Assembly: GCF_018350175.1 (NCBI RefSeq)
Contig: NC_058383.1
Coordinates: 19,594,001 to 19,658,000 of the forward strand
Source: Felis catus
Taxonomy: Eukaryota
Direction of reading: 5' to 3'
Length of the DNA: 64,000 nt
Of this stretch, positions 1 to 12,730 are shown in pieces (the first letter of the stretch is position 1; the number at the start of each line of letters is the position of its first letter). Below the pieces are notes generated by a model that saw only the letters and a program-made list of their open reading frames with translations, was not told where the DNA came from and made no database searches. The translations under genes and the position numbers were made by a program.

Positions 1-101
1 GCACCTAGAAAAGTCCAGATACTTCACAAACTATTAGAATAATAATCATTGAACAAGGATACTGGATATGAGAACAATATTAAAAAAATCTACTGTATTT
101 C

Positions 102-330
102 TTTTTTTTTTTTTTTAATTTTTTTTTCAACATTTATTTATTTTTGGGACAGAGAGAGACAGAGCATGAACGGGGGAGGGGCAGAGAGAGAGGGAGACAC
201 AGAATCGGAAACAGGCTCCAGGCTCCGAGCCATCAGCCCAGAGCCCGACGCGGGGCTCGAACTCCCGGACCGCGAGATCGTGACCTGGCTGAAGTCGGAC
301 GCTTAACCGACTGCGCCACCCAGGTGCCCC
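102..330 (-). mobile_element. Young feliform Can-SINE
   Basis: tRNA-derived head, (CT)n, A tail; TSD aaaaaatctac(t/c)gtatttc at 83-101 and 332-350. Confidence 0.95.
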
Positions 331-350
331 GAAAAAATCTACCGTATTTC

Positions 351-1320
351 TAAAGATCAACAAAATTGACAAACTTTTAGCTAGACTAACAAAAGAGAAG
401 ACTCAAGTAACTAAAATCAGAAACAGAAGACATTACGACTGATGCCGCAAAAATAAAAAGGATTGTAAGAGAATACTACAAATAACTATACACCAACAAA
501 CTCAATAATGTAGAAGTGGATAAATTCTTAGAAACAGACAACCTGCCAACACTGAATTACGAAGAAATAGAATATCTGAACAGGCCTATAAATAGTGAGG
601 AGGTTGATTCAGTGACCAAAACTGTCACAGCAAAGAAAAGCCCGGGACCAGATGACTTCACTGGTAAATTCTACCAAACATTTTAAGAAGAATGAATGTC
701 ACTCCTTCTCAAACTCTTTTGAAAAATTGAAGCTAAGAGAACAATTCCAAACTCCTTTCATGAGGGCAGCATTATACCGCTATCAAAGCCAGACAAAGAA
801 AACGCCAAACCAATATCCCTGATGAATACTGATGCAAAACTCCTTGATAACATACTAATACATGGAATCCAACAACATATTAAAATGACTCTATGCCACA
901 ATCAAGTGGAATTTGTCCCTGGGGTGCAAAGATGATTCAGTATACAAAAATACACCACATTAATAGAGCAAAAGACAAATCACATGATCATTTCAACTGA
1001 TGCAGAAAAGGCATTTGACAAAATTCAGCATCTTTTCATCATAGAGACATTTAACAAACCAGAAACATTTAACAACCCAAAAAAGGTCATATATGAAAGG
1101 CCACAGCTAACCTCTTACTCAGTGGTAGAAAATTGATAGATTTTCCTCTAAGGTCAGGAACAAAGCAAGAATGCCCACTCTCACCACTTCTATTTAATAT
1201 ACAACTATAAGTCCTAGTCAAAGCAATTAGGAAAAAAAAAAGGCAGTCAAATTGGAAAGGAAGAAGTAAAATTATCTCTGTTCATAGCTGACATGACCTT
1301 ATATAGAGAAAACTCTAAAG

Positions 1321-1357
<37 letters not shown>

Positions 1358-3290
1358 TAATTAACAAATACATTAACAAATTCATTAATTAACAAATTCA
1401 CAAATTCACAAATTAATGAACAAATGATATAAAATCAACACTCAAAAATCAGTTGCATTTCTATAGGTTAACAATGAACAATTCAAAAGGAAATTAAAAT
1501 AATATCATTAATAATAGCATCAAAAACAATCAAATAAAAAAAAAAAAAAACAATCAAATATTTGGGAAGAAATTTAACCAAGGAGGTGAAAGACTTGTAC
1601 TCTAAAAACCACAAAACATTGCTAAAAGAAATGAAAAGAAAGCACAAATAAATGGAAAGACATCCCATGTTCATGGATTGGAAGACTTAATACTAAAAAT
1701 GCCCACAGCAATCTACAGATTCAAGGCAGTTTCTGTCAAGATCCCAATGGCATGTTTTGCAGAAATAGGTAAAAAACCACCCTAAAATTCACATGGAATC
1801 TCGAAGGACTCTAAATAATCAAAGCCCTCTTTGACAATGAAGAACAAAGCTACAGACCTCACACTTCCTGATTTCAAAACGTATTACCAAGCTACGGTAA
1901 TCACTGTAGGTATAGACATAAAGGCAGACAGGCACATACTGCTGTATAGACAGACAAAGTAGGTATTGGCATAAAAGCAGGGCATACAGATCAATGAAGC
2001 AAAAGAGAGAACCCGGAAATAAACCTTTGCATACACGGCCAATGAAGAAAGGACTCTTTCTTTGAAGAACTCCTTCGGTGAAGAAGGACTCTTCAACAAA
2101 TGGTGCTGGGAAACCTGAATATGAAGCATGGACTCTTCCCTCATACACAGAAATTAACTTAAAATGGATTAAAGACCTATAGGTAAGCCTTGAAACTATA
2201 AAACTTCTAGAAGAAAACATAAGGGAAAACTTCAGAACATTGGGCTTGGCAATGATTTCTTGGCTATGACACTGACGAGAAAGACGCAGACAGCAAAGCG
2301 AACGTAGACCAACAGGACCGCGTTAAAAGCCTCTGCGAAGCACAGGAAATAATCAATAAGGTGAAAGGACAACGTAGAGAATGATACCAAGTATTTTGCA
2401 AACCGGATACTGAATACATTCAGAATTGTGAACTCCTACCATTCAGTAGCAAAACAAAACAAAACAGAACAAATGGCCTGACTGGAAAATGACTAAAGGT
2501 CTTGCATAGATGTTTCTCCAAAGAAGACTGAAAAGCATGGCCAACAGGTGTGTGAAAAGATGCTCAATAGCATTCATCATCAGGGAAATGCAAATCAAAA
2601 CCACAATGAGTTATTACTGCACGCCTATTAAGTTGGATACAATGTTGGTGAGAATGTGGAAAAACCGTAAGCCTTATTGCCCTCTTTGTGGGATTAGTAA
2701 ATGGTGCGGGCGTGACCGAAGACAGTGTGGAGGCTCCTCAAAAAATCGAACAGAGAACTCCCATGTGATCAATCCAGCACCCCACTTCTGGGTAGGTATC
2801 CGAAAGAATTGAAAACAGAGTCTCAAAGGTACCTGCACGCCAATGTTCACTGCAGCATTAGTCACAACAGTCAGGACCTGAAAGGCACCTAAGTTTACCA
2901 ACTGATGAATGAATAAAGAAAATGTGCTACACACATACGACGGAATATCATTTAGCCTTAAAAAAGAAACAAGGCTGCAACGTGGACGGATGTTGAGGAC
3001 ATTACGCTAAAAGAAATAAGCCAACCACTAAAAGACGAACACTGTATGATTCCACTTATACGACAGATCTGAAGTCATCAGACTTGTAGAAACAGAAAGC
3101 AGAATGGTGGTTTTTCAGGGGAATGGGGGGGTGGTGGTGGGTAACGGGGAGTGGTTCAATGGGTATGAAGTTTCAGTTGTACAAGGTGAAAAAGTTTCAG
3201 AGATCAGTCATACAACAACACACGTACGCTTAACAATACTGTCCTGTTCTGTATGGTCCCTGCAAAACTTGTTAAGAGGATACAAAACAT
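351..3290 (+). mobile_element. Decayed 5'-truncated LINE-1 (ORF2 remnants plus L1MA/L1MB-type 3'UTR)
   Basis: Typical L1 ORF2 segments (e.g. gatgcagaaaaggcatttgacaaaatt, catcccatgttcatggattggaagactt); many stops and frameshifts. Confidence 0.92.
1324..1356 (+). repeat. (AC)n microsatellite
   Basis: Read directly. Confidence 0.95.
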
Positions 3291-3529
3291 GTTACTAGTT
3301 TATGAAGTCCACAGCTGGGATGCTCTGTCTTGCACTTATGACCTCAGCAGATGGGGGGGGGGGTCTGCAAACCCCCCTGCAAACCTTACAAGGTAAGAAA
3401 CAAAAGAAAGCTACAAAACAAAGGTAAGAAGTCCCCAGCTGGGGACTGGGTTTGGTAGCTATTTCTTTCTATATCTGAAGCTCCAGTTTGAAAAAACGTG
3501 TTAACAAAGTTAAGAAAGTGTGAAGAAGA

Positions 3530-4930
3530 TCTGGTGTATTTCTATATACCAAGAGCAAGCATGATTAAAATGATACTATTTGCATCAGCATAAGAAATCA
3601 AATACTCTAATGAGCCCCAGTGAAAGACGTACAGGACCTCTACACAGACACCTACAAGATATTAGTTACATACATTTTTAAAGATATCAATAAATGGAGG
3701 GAGATACATGGTCACGAATTAGAAAATTAAGCAGTTTAAAGATGTCCATTCTCCCCTCGTTGGACTAAAGTTTCAAATGAAATCTCAAGTTTCAAGAAAA
3801 TCCCCAGCAAGATTTCCTTTGGTGGAAATTGACAAGCCAGTGCTCAAATTTATACAGAAATGCAAAGACCTGAGAAGAGTTTAGAGAATCAAAAATAACG
3901 TGGTATTGTTGCAAAGGAAAAAAATCTTGCCAGTGGAAAGGAATAGAGTCCAGAAATAGACTGGTGTTTATAGTCATTTGGTTTTCAAGAAAGGCACTAC
4001 CGAAAAGTCACGGCGAAAGCATGATTAAAACAAACAAAAAAGATGCTGGATCAATTGGATATTCACATGAGGAAAAATGAACTTTGACCTTCCACTTTAT
4101 ATCGTACACAAAAACACATCCAGATATTTTGCAGACCTACTGTCTGCAAACAATAAACTTCCACAAGGAGACAGAGGATAATATTTTCATGACCTTAGGG
4201 TCGATGACGCTTCCTAAACAGCACATAGAAAGCTCGAGTCATAAAGAAAAAGACTGATAAGTTGAACCTCATTAAAATTAAGAATTTTGGGGGGCGCCTG
4301 GGTGGCGCAGTCGGTTAAGCATCCGACTTCAGCCAGGTCACGATCTCGCGGTCCGGGAGTTCGAGCCCCGCGTCGGGCTCTGGGCTGATGGCTCGGAGCC
4401 TGGAGCCTGTTTCCGATTCTGTGTCTCCCTCTCTCTCTGCCCCTCCCCCGTTCATGCTCTGTCTCTCTCTGTCTCAAAAATAAATAAACGTTAAAAAAAA
4501 ATTTTATTTAAACACAACGATAAACAGCACAAAACTCTGTTAGGCAAGAAAGGAAAAGAGCTTAAAGAGACACTTCACCAAAGAAGCCCTTCCAAATGGC
4601 CAAGAAGCATAGTAAAAGTTGCTTGAAATCATGACTCATCATGCAAATTTACATCTCTGTGACACCACCGCGTCAACCCGGAAAGGCTAAAATGAGAAAG
4701 GCAGACACCATGCCGCGTCTACGAAAGGACGCAGGGTAACCCAAACTTCTCAACCTCCCCTCAGTCTTCTGGGGTGCGTGCCATTCGGCACGGCCACCCT
4801 GGGACCCTTCTGCTGAACAGAACCCCACTTCGAGACCGGGCATCGAAGAGAAACGTGTACACGCGCAGACGTGGGCCGGAGGGTCCCCGCAGCGGCATTC
4901 ACAACCTCCCCAAACTGGAAAGAACCCAAG
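3530..4930 (+). mobile_element. Older, highly diverged LINE-1 ORF2 fragment (continues 1-100)
   Basis: L1 ORF2-like A-rich segments, interrupted by the SINE at 4289. Confidence 0.75.
4289..4500 (+). mobile_element. Young feliform Can-SINE
   Basis: GGGGCGCCTGGGTGGCGCAGTCGGTTAAG head, (CT)n, AATAAA tail. Confidence 0.95.
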
Positions 4931-7900
4931 CTTTGGTTACCCCGTGTCTTTCCCTCACTGACGCTTCAGGAACGGGATAGTGGAGGGTCACAGGTCAGCC
5001 GTCATCTCCAGCGGGGCTCGGGCGGGGATTGGGGCTGGAAAGTGAAAGGTAGGTGAGGAGTGTGGTAAAAGCAAAGTGGCCCGTTTCCCAGAGGGACCGA
5101 GGAGAAACGAGGTGGGTGAAAAGGGACTCCCCAGCCATGCCAGAAACAAGAGCCAACGGGTCGCCAGATGGGGAAGTGTCAAGACTGAGGGACTTCCCGA
5201 AAGGGAACATAGACGAAAGGGCTCCCAGCTTACCCCTGGTCTTCAAGGACTTCTGCCCACCTGCCCTCCGGCCGGCCTCCTCCCTGATCTCTCCAGCACC
5301 CAGCTGTGGCCCTCCCAGCCACGTCCCCGTTGCAACTGGATCATTCGGTGGCTCCCCATTGCCCTTCAGAGAAGACCCCAAATTTCTTAGCGCAGCATTC
5401 AACACATTTCGGGATCTGCCCCCCCCAACATTCGTTCCCTCTGGCCCCCGGCACCCATCCTGAACTGCAGGTACCCCAGGCTCCCGACAGCTTCACCAAC
5501 AGTCCCCCTGCATCTGGCTTCCACACTTCTGCACGAGTTCCTTCAGCCACCGGAACGTTCTACCCTCCGGGGCGGACTGACAGCCTCCTACTCAGTCGTC
5601 AAAATCCAGTTCGCTTGTCACCTCCTCTGGCAGGCTCCCACCCCTCCAAAGAGTATGAGTCACTCCTTCCTCTGGGGTCCCTCCCTCCACCAGGGCACCC
5701 TGCTCGGGGTGCTTTCACGGACGTTCGCAGCAACAGGCAGGCAAGGACCGTGTGCCTCTTGGCTACCGCCGAACCACGCCGGGGGTGAACCGGTGCCCGA
5801 CACGCAGTGGAGGCTCAAAACACTTGTGACACGGGCGGCCACGTGAAACGGTAATGGGTTTGGAGGCCCACCCTCAGAGCTAAAACCTACATAGACCGTG
5901 CACTCCGCAATGAATTGCTATTCTTTTCGACTCCACTCTCTTAAATGTGGTGCCTGGAACATCTTTACGTAGTCGATAAGGGTAAAATCTCCAGTGCTCC
6001 CACTCTCCTCCTCCACCCCAGGGCCTTGGCACATGCCTCTGTCCAGAACACTTTTCCTCGTGCTTCTCTGCTTCCTCATCCTCCGGTTTCAACTTCAGTG
6101 TCGCCTCCTCCAGGAGGCGATCGCCGCTGGCTGGTCTGGGTCTCCCCTGCAGTGCTCTGGGCCCCACATCCTTCTGTTTCCTTCTCCACGGTTGTAATAT
6201 TAGGGTCAGGTCGGTAAACGCTTCTGTTTTTGTGTTTATGACCTGTCTCCGTCCCGGAGCATAAGCCCCGCCCCCACCCCCACCCCCACCCCGGAGGCTG
6301 GGAAATCATCTGTTTTGTTCACCAAAGAAAGCATCCTTAGTGCGCAGAACGGGGCCGGGAACTCAGTGGGTGCTCGACGAGTAGCTGAGGAGTTGGCAAA
6401 CGAACGAAAGAAGGTACGAGTTGCCGTGTCCAGTTACACGAGGAGCGAGGAGTGGGGCCGCAGGCAGCCCCCGAGACATCTGTTTCCCCATCAGCTTCAT
6501 CACGGTCCCCAGGAACTTCCCTCCACCCTGAGCAACACCCTCAGCTCCCGGGGTCTGAGCAGTCACGACTGCTGTCATCGGATTAGTAACAAGGAACCTT
6601 CAGAGAGGGATGGCGGGGCGCCCAGGGTCATACAGAAAGTTCTTAGCCAAGCCGAGCGCTCAGGCTGGGGGAGAATCAGCCTGGTGGCCCTGGGGGACCC
6701 TGAGGCATATCCATTCCTTTCACTGGGACTCAGTTTTCCTCATCCATAGAATGGGGCAGCTCCCTGGCCTGGCCGAGGTGGTGTGGGGCGGGCACACTGT
6801 AGGCGAGTGGGTAATGTCAGTTGTTTTTTCACAATTTTTTTTTCTTTTGTGCCAGTGGCAAGGGGTGGGTTGTGGGTGTCTGAGGACAGATGTCCCAGGA
6901 TCCTGGGGTCATAGCTTAGGCAGTAGGAGCCGAACAGGAGGGGAAGGTCCCATCCCAACCTGTCAGTCTTCCTCTGTCTCCCAGCCGGGCCGGGATCCCG
7001 GTCCACAAAGCCTCTTTTAGCCTGAACGAGCTGTGCCTACTGCACAGCCTGGGCAACCGTTCACTCCAGCCGCCTTCCCGCCAGACCAGGAGAAAGAAGA
7101 GAGGTTTGCAGCTGCGGGGTGAGGGGTGGGGGCAGGGCTGGCAGCCTGCCTTCTGTCCGGCCCCCTGCTTGGCAGGCCCCCCAACCCCCACCAGGCTGCC
7201 CTGGCCAAAGTAGGCTGAGTGTCACGGATTCGTACAGGAGAAGCTTGGCAGGCCCTAGTCCCAATGTACACCAACAAGCCCCCTTGCAGATGAGGAAATA
7301 GAGGCCCAGAGAGGCCCAGTGCCTTGCCTATGGTCTCACAGCGAGGAAGGACTGGGGCCTGAGCAGGGAGCCAGGTTGGGGTATTTGCCCCACCTCTCTG
7401 GGGACACTTCGGGTGGCCGGACCCTTCCTGGGGGCTGTGGGGACCAGCAGGCGAGGCCCCTTGCTGCAGGTGTCCTGGCCATCGGGGGGCATCAGCAGGG
7501 CCCCTGCCTGCACCCTGGGGAATATTCTCAGGTTGTTTCAGAAGTTCCAAGTTTACTCAGATCCTGCATATGAGCTGTCATCAAAAGTCCCTTTGGCCAG
7601 GCGCCCAGGCAAGGAGTGGGGGCGGTGGCACCTGTGAGCCAGGGGTGGGGGTGGGGCTCCTCTCCGCTCCCCCCCCCAGCCCCGCCTCCGCATTTCGGGG
7701 TGCCCTAGAGGGCAAGGGAGAAGGGGGCGAGGAAGGGGCCTCTCCTCGAAGTGTCCGTTCCCCCCTCTCTCCCCAGTTTCCTTCCCTCTGCTTGCGAATG
7801 ACTCCCTGGGTGACCCTGAAAACCCTACCCCTCTCTGAGCCTCAGTTTCCCCAGCTGTGCAAGGGATCGTAAAATCACCATGCGAGCTATCGTTTATTGA

Positions 7901-10299
7901 GGGCTTAGTGTATGCCGGAAGGGATGCCGTGCGTTCTAGCGAATAACAAGGCAATTATTACCAGCCATCCCTAAGGTAAAGCGTAATTGCTACTATTTCT
8001 TGTGAACCACTGCTCATGGCGCTGGCCCTGTCTCCGCCACTGAATCCCCAGGACCTAGGACAGTGCCTGACGCCCCAGTGGGTGCTCAAAAACTACACAT
8101 AGAATAAAACCTCACGACAAACCGGAAATGGATGTTAGAGACGGGGAAACGGAGGTTCAAGGGAGGTGAAGTGGTTTACTCAAGGTCACCCCAGAACTAG
8201 GGGGCGGAGCTGGGTCTCCACCCAGTCCTGGCCGCCTCCAAGGCCCCGGATCGCCCGTGGAGGTGTGTTGGCACGCGGGTCACGGGTCCCACAGCCCCCC
8301 ACCTGACCGCAGGGGGGACCTCCCAGCCATCACTCCTGCCTGCAGGGATTCTGAAGGCACTGGCTCTCCTCCCTGCGTGGAGGATGCCTTCTTCCCTTCA
8401 TTCATTTATTTATCAGGCACCAGGGAGGGAAATGGTGCCTCCCCAAGCTTCTGGTGCCTTCCCTCTTTCCATCTCCTTTTCAACGGACCTCCTCTACCTG
8501 CCCGCCCCCACTGCGCTCAAGCCTCTTGCGGTCCCCAGCCCCCACCCCCACCCTTCACTGGACAGGTGGGAACCTAGGGCTCAGGCTTTGTCTCGTTCAC
8601 CCCACGCCTCCGGGCCCTCGATTTTGTTCTTCTCCTAACACTCGGGCGCTTGGTTTCCTCCACTGCGGGGTGGTAAGGGTCCAGACACCCTCCCAGGCGT
8701 GAGGTGGGCAGGACCAGGGCTCCCTCGAGTTCACCATGGGGAGCAGGTCGTCAGGCCTGTCCCTCCCCTTCTCAGAAGGGTTCTCGAGACTATGAGTCTT
8801 GTTTTTATGCTATCCTGTCTGGCAGGTGTGGCCCTGCAGTCAAGCGGACCGGCGGCCCAAACCCAGCTCTGCGTCTCACGGCCACGTGGTCCTGGGGTCC
8901 TCGATCTCCTCATCTGTGAAATGGGCTGAACGGGCTCCCGGCCTCACCTGATGTTGTAAGGATAACGGGACCCCCTCAAGTGCCAGCAGCGGGCTGAGCC
9001 CCGGCGCTCGGAGGACCAGAACCGCGGGGGCTGAGGGAAGCCGATCGCGGGTTCTCGAATGTGCCCCCTGCACCTTCCACCGCTCTTGGACCCTGGCCCT
9101 CTTCTGCCACGGGCCCCCCTTCCTGGTGGAACAAGCTGTCTTCCTGGGCGGATCTCCAACCGGCAACTTTCATATTTTTATGCCCCCCAGTCTTCACAGC
9201 TAGCCCCACGGGGATGGAGCTGCCTTCATCCCCATTTTAGAGATGAGAAAACTGAGGCTCCATGAGGTTGGAAGAAGCACAGAGACTTGCTCAAGTTCAC
9301 CCAGCTAGGGAATCGCATGGCCGGCTTTTGAACCGGTCAGGTTTTCCCCACTCGGCCATGTGCTTCTAAACCCATGCTTTCCCCCGGGGGGGAATACAAA
9401 TGTCCTCAGGGGAGCAGCCTGTGACTTTTGAATGCCCCCGGCCCCGGGGCCGCTGCTCCCACTGCGCAGGCTGGCCGTTCCTTCTCGAAGTCCAGGGTTC
9501 CCACCAGAGGCCTCTCCCCACCCAGCTGCTCTGCCGGGAAGGTGTCCGCCTCCTCCTTCTTTCCTCTCCTGTCCACATGTCAAACTTCAACCCATGCCTC
9601 CAGACTCAGCCTCCCCGCGCCTCCCGGCTTCCCTCTCTTCCACGCACACAGGGCCCTTGGCTTCTCACCATCGGCCCATCCCCTGTGCTTTGGTGAGAAG
9701 GAGACAGCGTGGAGGACAGGGCCAGCCTCCGAGTCACCTGCCGGCCCTGCTCCGCGCTGTTGAGTCTCCTTGGGAAAATCGCTCTACCCCTGGAGCCCCT
9801 GTTCTCTGTCTGTGAAATGGGCACAGAAATCCGTGTGGAGGGGTTACAGGACACAAAGACGCTAAAACCCAGAATCTGCCCCCCAAATCGATGCCCGTCC
9901 CCAGAGTGGGCCCCGTAGAAATGCCACACCATCCCGCCGTCACCCCCGTGCCCACCCCTGCCCTCCTCGGCTGCCGGGAACCGCGGTGACTGTGGCATCC
10001 CGTTTGGTCTGGGACCGGCTTTCCTCCCACAGCCCCGGCCTTTTAGAGCTGGTTTCCACAGACAGCTCATGGGGTCGTCTCAGCCGTGTCCCAGCCTCCA
10101 GACCTCCAGGCCTCCTGCAGACGCACAAAAAGGCACTTTGGGCGTCCTGGGCTGGGCTGAACAGGAGACTCCAGCCCCAGCTCTGCCGGCCTCACCGTCC
10201 CCCGCTGTGAGGAGGGTGCGAAACCCCTCTGTGTCCTCCCACCTCGGGCAGAGAAGGTGCCAGACCCCCCGCAGAGAACAGGGGCTGGAGCTGAGTTAC

Positions 10300-10860
10300 C
10301 TGCTGTCCCAGCTTCTGCCTCAGGAATCCATTCTGTGTGCTCGGGGGGGAATCCAGTGGCCTTCCAGGGGTGGGGGCGCGGGACGGGAGTCAGAGGGAGC
10401 AGGCAGGTGTAGGGGGTGGGCATCCACAGCCTGTCCTGAGTCACCAGCCAGACAAGCCTACGACCTGTCACCGGGACGGATGGCCCCGGGCCCTAGGCAG
10501 GCAGGCCACACAGAGAGAGCCGGCCGGGGTCACAGGCAGTGGTCGGTCACATCCCAGGGAGGTCACACACAGACAGAGGACAGAGATCGACTGCACCAGG
10601 GAGAGACCCACAGCAGACCAGGGCTGGTCAGACAGGCAGACGGACAGACAGGGGAAGGGAAGTCAAGCAGACAGGCAGGTGGCCAGCGGGGCAGACGCAA
10701 AGAGAGACAGGCAGGCAGGCAGGCAGCCGTGTGGCTGTCAGTCACACTCAGGGAGGAGCAAACAGTCGGCCCCGGAGCCCATGGGTCACTCGGCAGAGCC
10801 CCATGGGTCTGTCAGAGCGCGGCTGCTGCCCTGCCGCGTGCACAGGGTGGGGAGGCAGGG
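10300..10860 (-). other. IL21R: Probable non-coding first exon of IL21R (5' end approximate); the coding exons would lie left of the window
   Basis: Minus strand reads ...GAGCACACAGAATGGATTCCTGAGGCAGAAGCTGGGACAGCAG|GTAACT and ...CCCTGAGTGTGACTGACAGCCAC..., which resembles the human IL21R 5'UTR as I recall it. Good donor site; same strand as IL4R and ~30 kb downstream, as expected from synteny. Confidence 0.75.
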
Positions 10861-11100
10861 GAGGATGTGGCGAGCAGCAGCTCTCCCCGCAGGCCCTGCC
10901 CACAGAGCAGCTGGCCCCTCCCTGAGGGAGTGAGAAAGAGGTGGGAGGGGGCCGGGCCCCTGGCAGAGCCCTCGCTCACCAAAGGTCACCTGCTAGGAAG
11001 ACATTTGGGGCCACCAGGATGATGATGCCTCTTGCGGATGGGTGCTGTTTCCCGCCCCCCCCCCCCCAGGTCTCACGGTCATGACCTATGAGGCAGGCAG
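10861..11100 (-). promoter_or_regulatory. Putative TATA-less IL21R proximal promoter with GC/GT boxes
   Basis: GC-rich; GGGAGGGGG and CCCGCCCC boxes directly upstream of the putative exon 1. Confidence 0.5.
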
Positions 11101-12399
11101 GGCCCGTGAGCCACTGCTTCTCACAGATGTGGCGACCGAGGCTCAGAGGGGTGTGGAGGTAGGTTAGTGGACCCAGGGGGGCCCGGTGGTCCTGAGAGCC
11201 CAACTCTGAGTTCAGAGAGAAAGTTGAGGGCCCAGGGCCAGAGACCTCCCCCCCCCCCCCGAGGTCCCATGCTTGACTCACGCACACCACCTGCCTGGCC
11301 CAGGAGGGGGCTGCGTTTGGACCCCCCACCCCCACCCCAGGCAGACCCCTCTGACTTCCCTTCCTTTGAACCCAGCTTTCCACTGCAGGGTTGCAGGGAG
11401 CAGGACCCTGTCCCCAAGCCCTTCAGAAGACAGTCCCTCGGGCGTGTCACATCACCTCTCTGAATGCCTCTGAATGTCAAGCGGGGATGCCTAGCCGAGG
11501 GGAGACGGCAGCCATGAGGAACACATGAGAACTCAGGCAAAAAATAGAGAAAAGCAATTCTCAAGAGGGTTTTCTTTCATCTTGCGGACGAGCCGGGGCC
11601 CATGAAAGGGTCAGACGTCTCTCTCTGGCAGAAGTTTAAGAAATCGGAGACAAAATCCAGCAGGCTCCTGCCCAGCAGCCTCACAGGGAGAGCCAGAGAA
11701 CTTACCACAACCCCTACCATTACTCTCTTGCATTTTTTAGGCACCTACACGATCTCATTTTATGCCCCAGACCCTGCCCGGCAAAGCAGGTTGCTTCCCT
11801 TTTAGAGATGGAGCAAACAAGGCTCGGAGAAGTGAAATGTCACACAAGCTACGAAGTGTCATAGCTGGCGTTTGGACCTGGGGGGTATCTGATTCCTAAG
11901 CCCGCACCAGGCGGTGACGACGAGTCTGAACCAGGACCAGATGCTATCAGGGTGGATGGGGGCTCCTTTGTGCTGTGTTGATGACACAGGTTGGCTTGGA
12001 AACACATGCCATCTGCCCCCCCAGCTGGCTCATTTTTGGGAAACGATTTGCAGCTAACCCACATGACCGCTCCAAAGGAAAAGAGAAAGCATCTTACTAT
12101 TTATTTCTTCCATTTTTTTTTTCTTTTTCTCACTGTTTTTGAGGAAGTTGGTACAAATTCCCCTGTGGTTGATCTGAAGGATGTTTGCCCTACAGAAATT
12201 CTCTTCCTCACTGCTGAAATATCTTGTGTTCTCTGGAGAACCCACGTTAGGAGGAAGCCAGATTTTCTTTTTCTCTCTCCTGATCTTCAGGGTGAGTTTT
12301 ACGATGCCATGCATCAGTAATCTGAGTGGTTGAAAGATCAAGAAAAGGAATAGTGCGCTGGACCTAATATTTGCTGAGAGTTGACTCTGTGCCAGGTTG

Positions 12400-12545
12400 T
12401 TTTGGTTTTTTTTTTTAAAATAAGGTTGGTTTTTTTTTGTTGTTTTTTTTTTTCAAAGTAATCTCTACACCTAGCGTGGGACTCGAACCCTCAACCCCAA
12501 GATCAAGAGCCACACGTTCCACTGACTGAGCCAGGCGGGCACCCC
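12400..12545 (-). mobile_element. Short, old Can-SINE
   Basis: tRNA-like head, T tail, TSD tgtgccagg. Confidence 0.8.
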
Positions 12546-12589
12546 TGTGCCAGGGTTTTTAAGGACTTTAAAGATGTAACATCTCACTT

Positions 12590-12730
12590 AAAACTTAGCG
12601 TCATTGCCCCATTTTACAGGGAAGGAAAATGAGACTCGGAGAGGGTAAATGACTTGTCCAAGGTCACACAGCTGGTGAGTGGCAGAGTTGGGATGAGTGA
12701 GTGGCAGACTTCAGGCTCCTATGTTCTAGA
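12590..12730. mobile_element. MIR fragment (further MIR cores occur at about 9225-9340, 37205-37300, 40120-40280 and 58150-58300)
   Basis: MIR core: cccattttacag...gactcggagagggtaaatgacttgtccaaggtcacacagct. Confidence 0.75.

Noticed and set aside
144..353. Recurrent ORFs of the 'MGQRETEHERGRGRERGRHRIGNRLQAPS' type (also 4214, 17784, 56975, 59239)
   Set aside because: Translations of Can-SINE sequence, not a gene family.
351..3290. LINE-1 as an active element
   Set aside because: 5'-truncated, with ORF2 broken by many stops and frameshifts.
4289..4370. tRNA-like A/B boxes
   Set aside because: They are Can-SINE heads, not tRNA genes.
10069..11022. 317-aa plus-strand ORF
   Set aside because: Low-complexity and GC-rich, antisense to the putative IL21R exon 1, with no recognisable domain.
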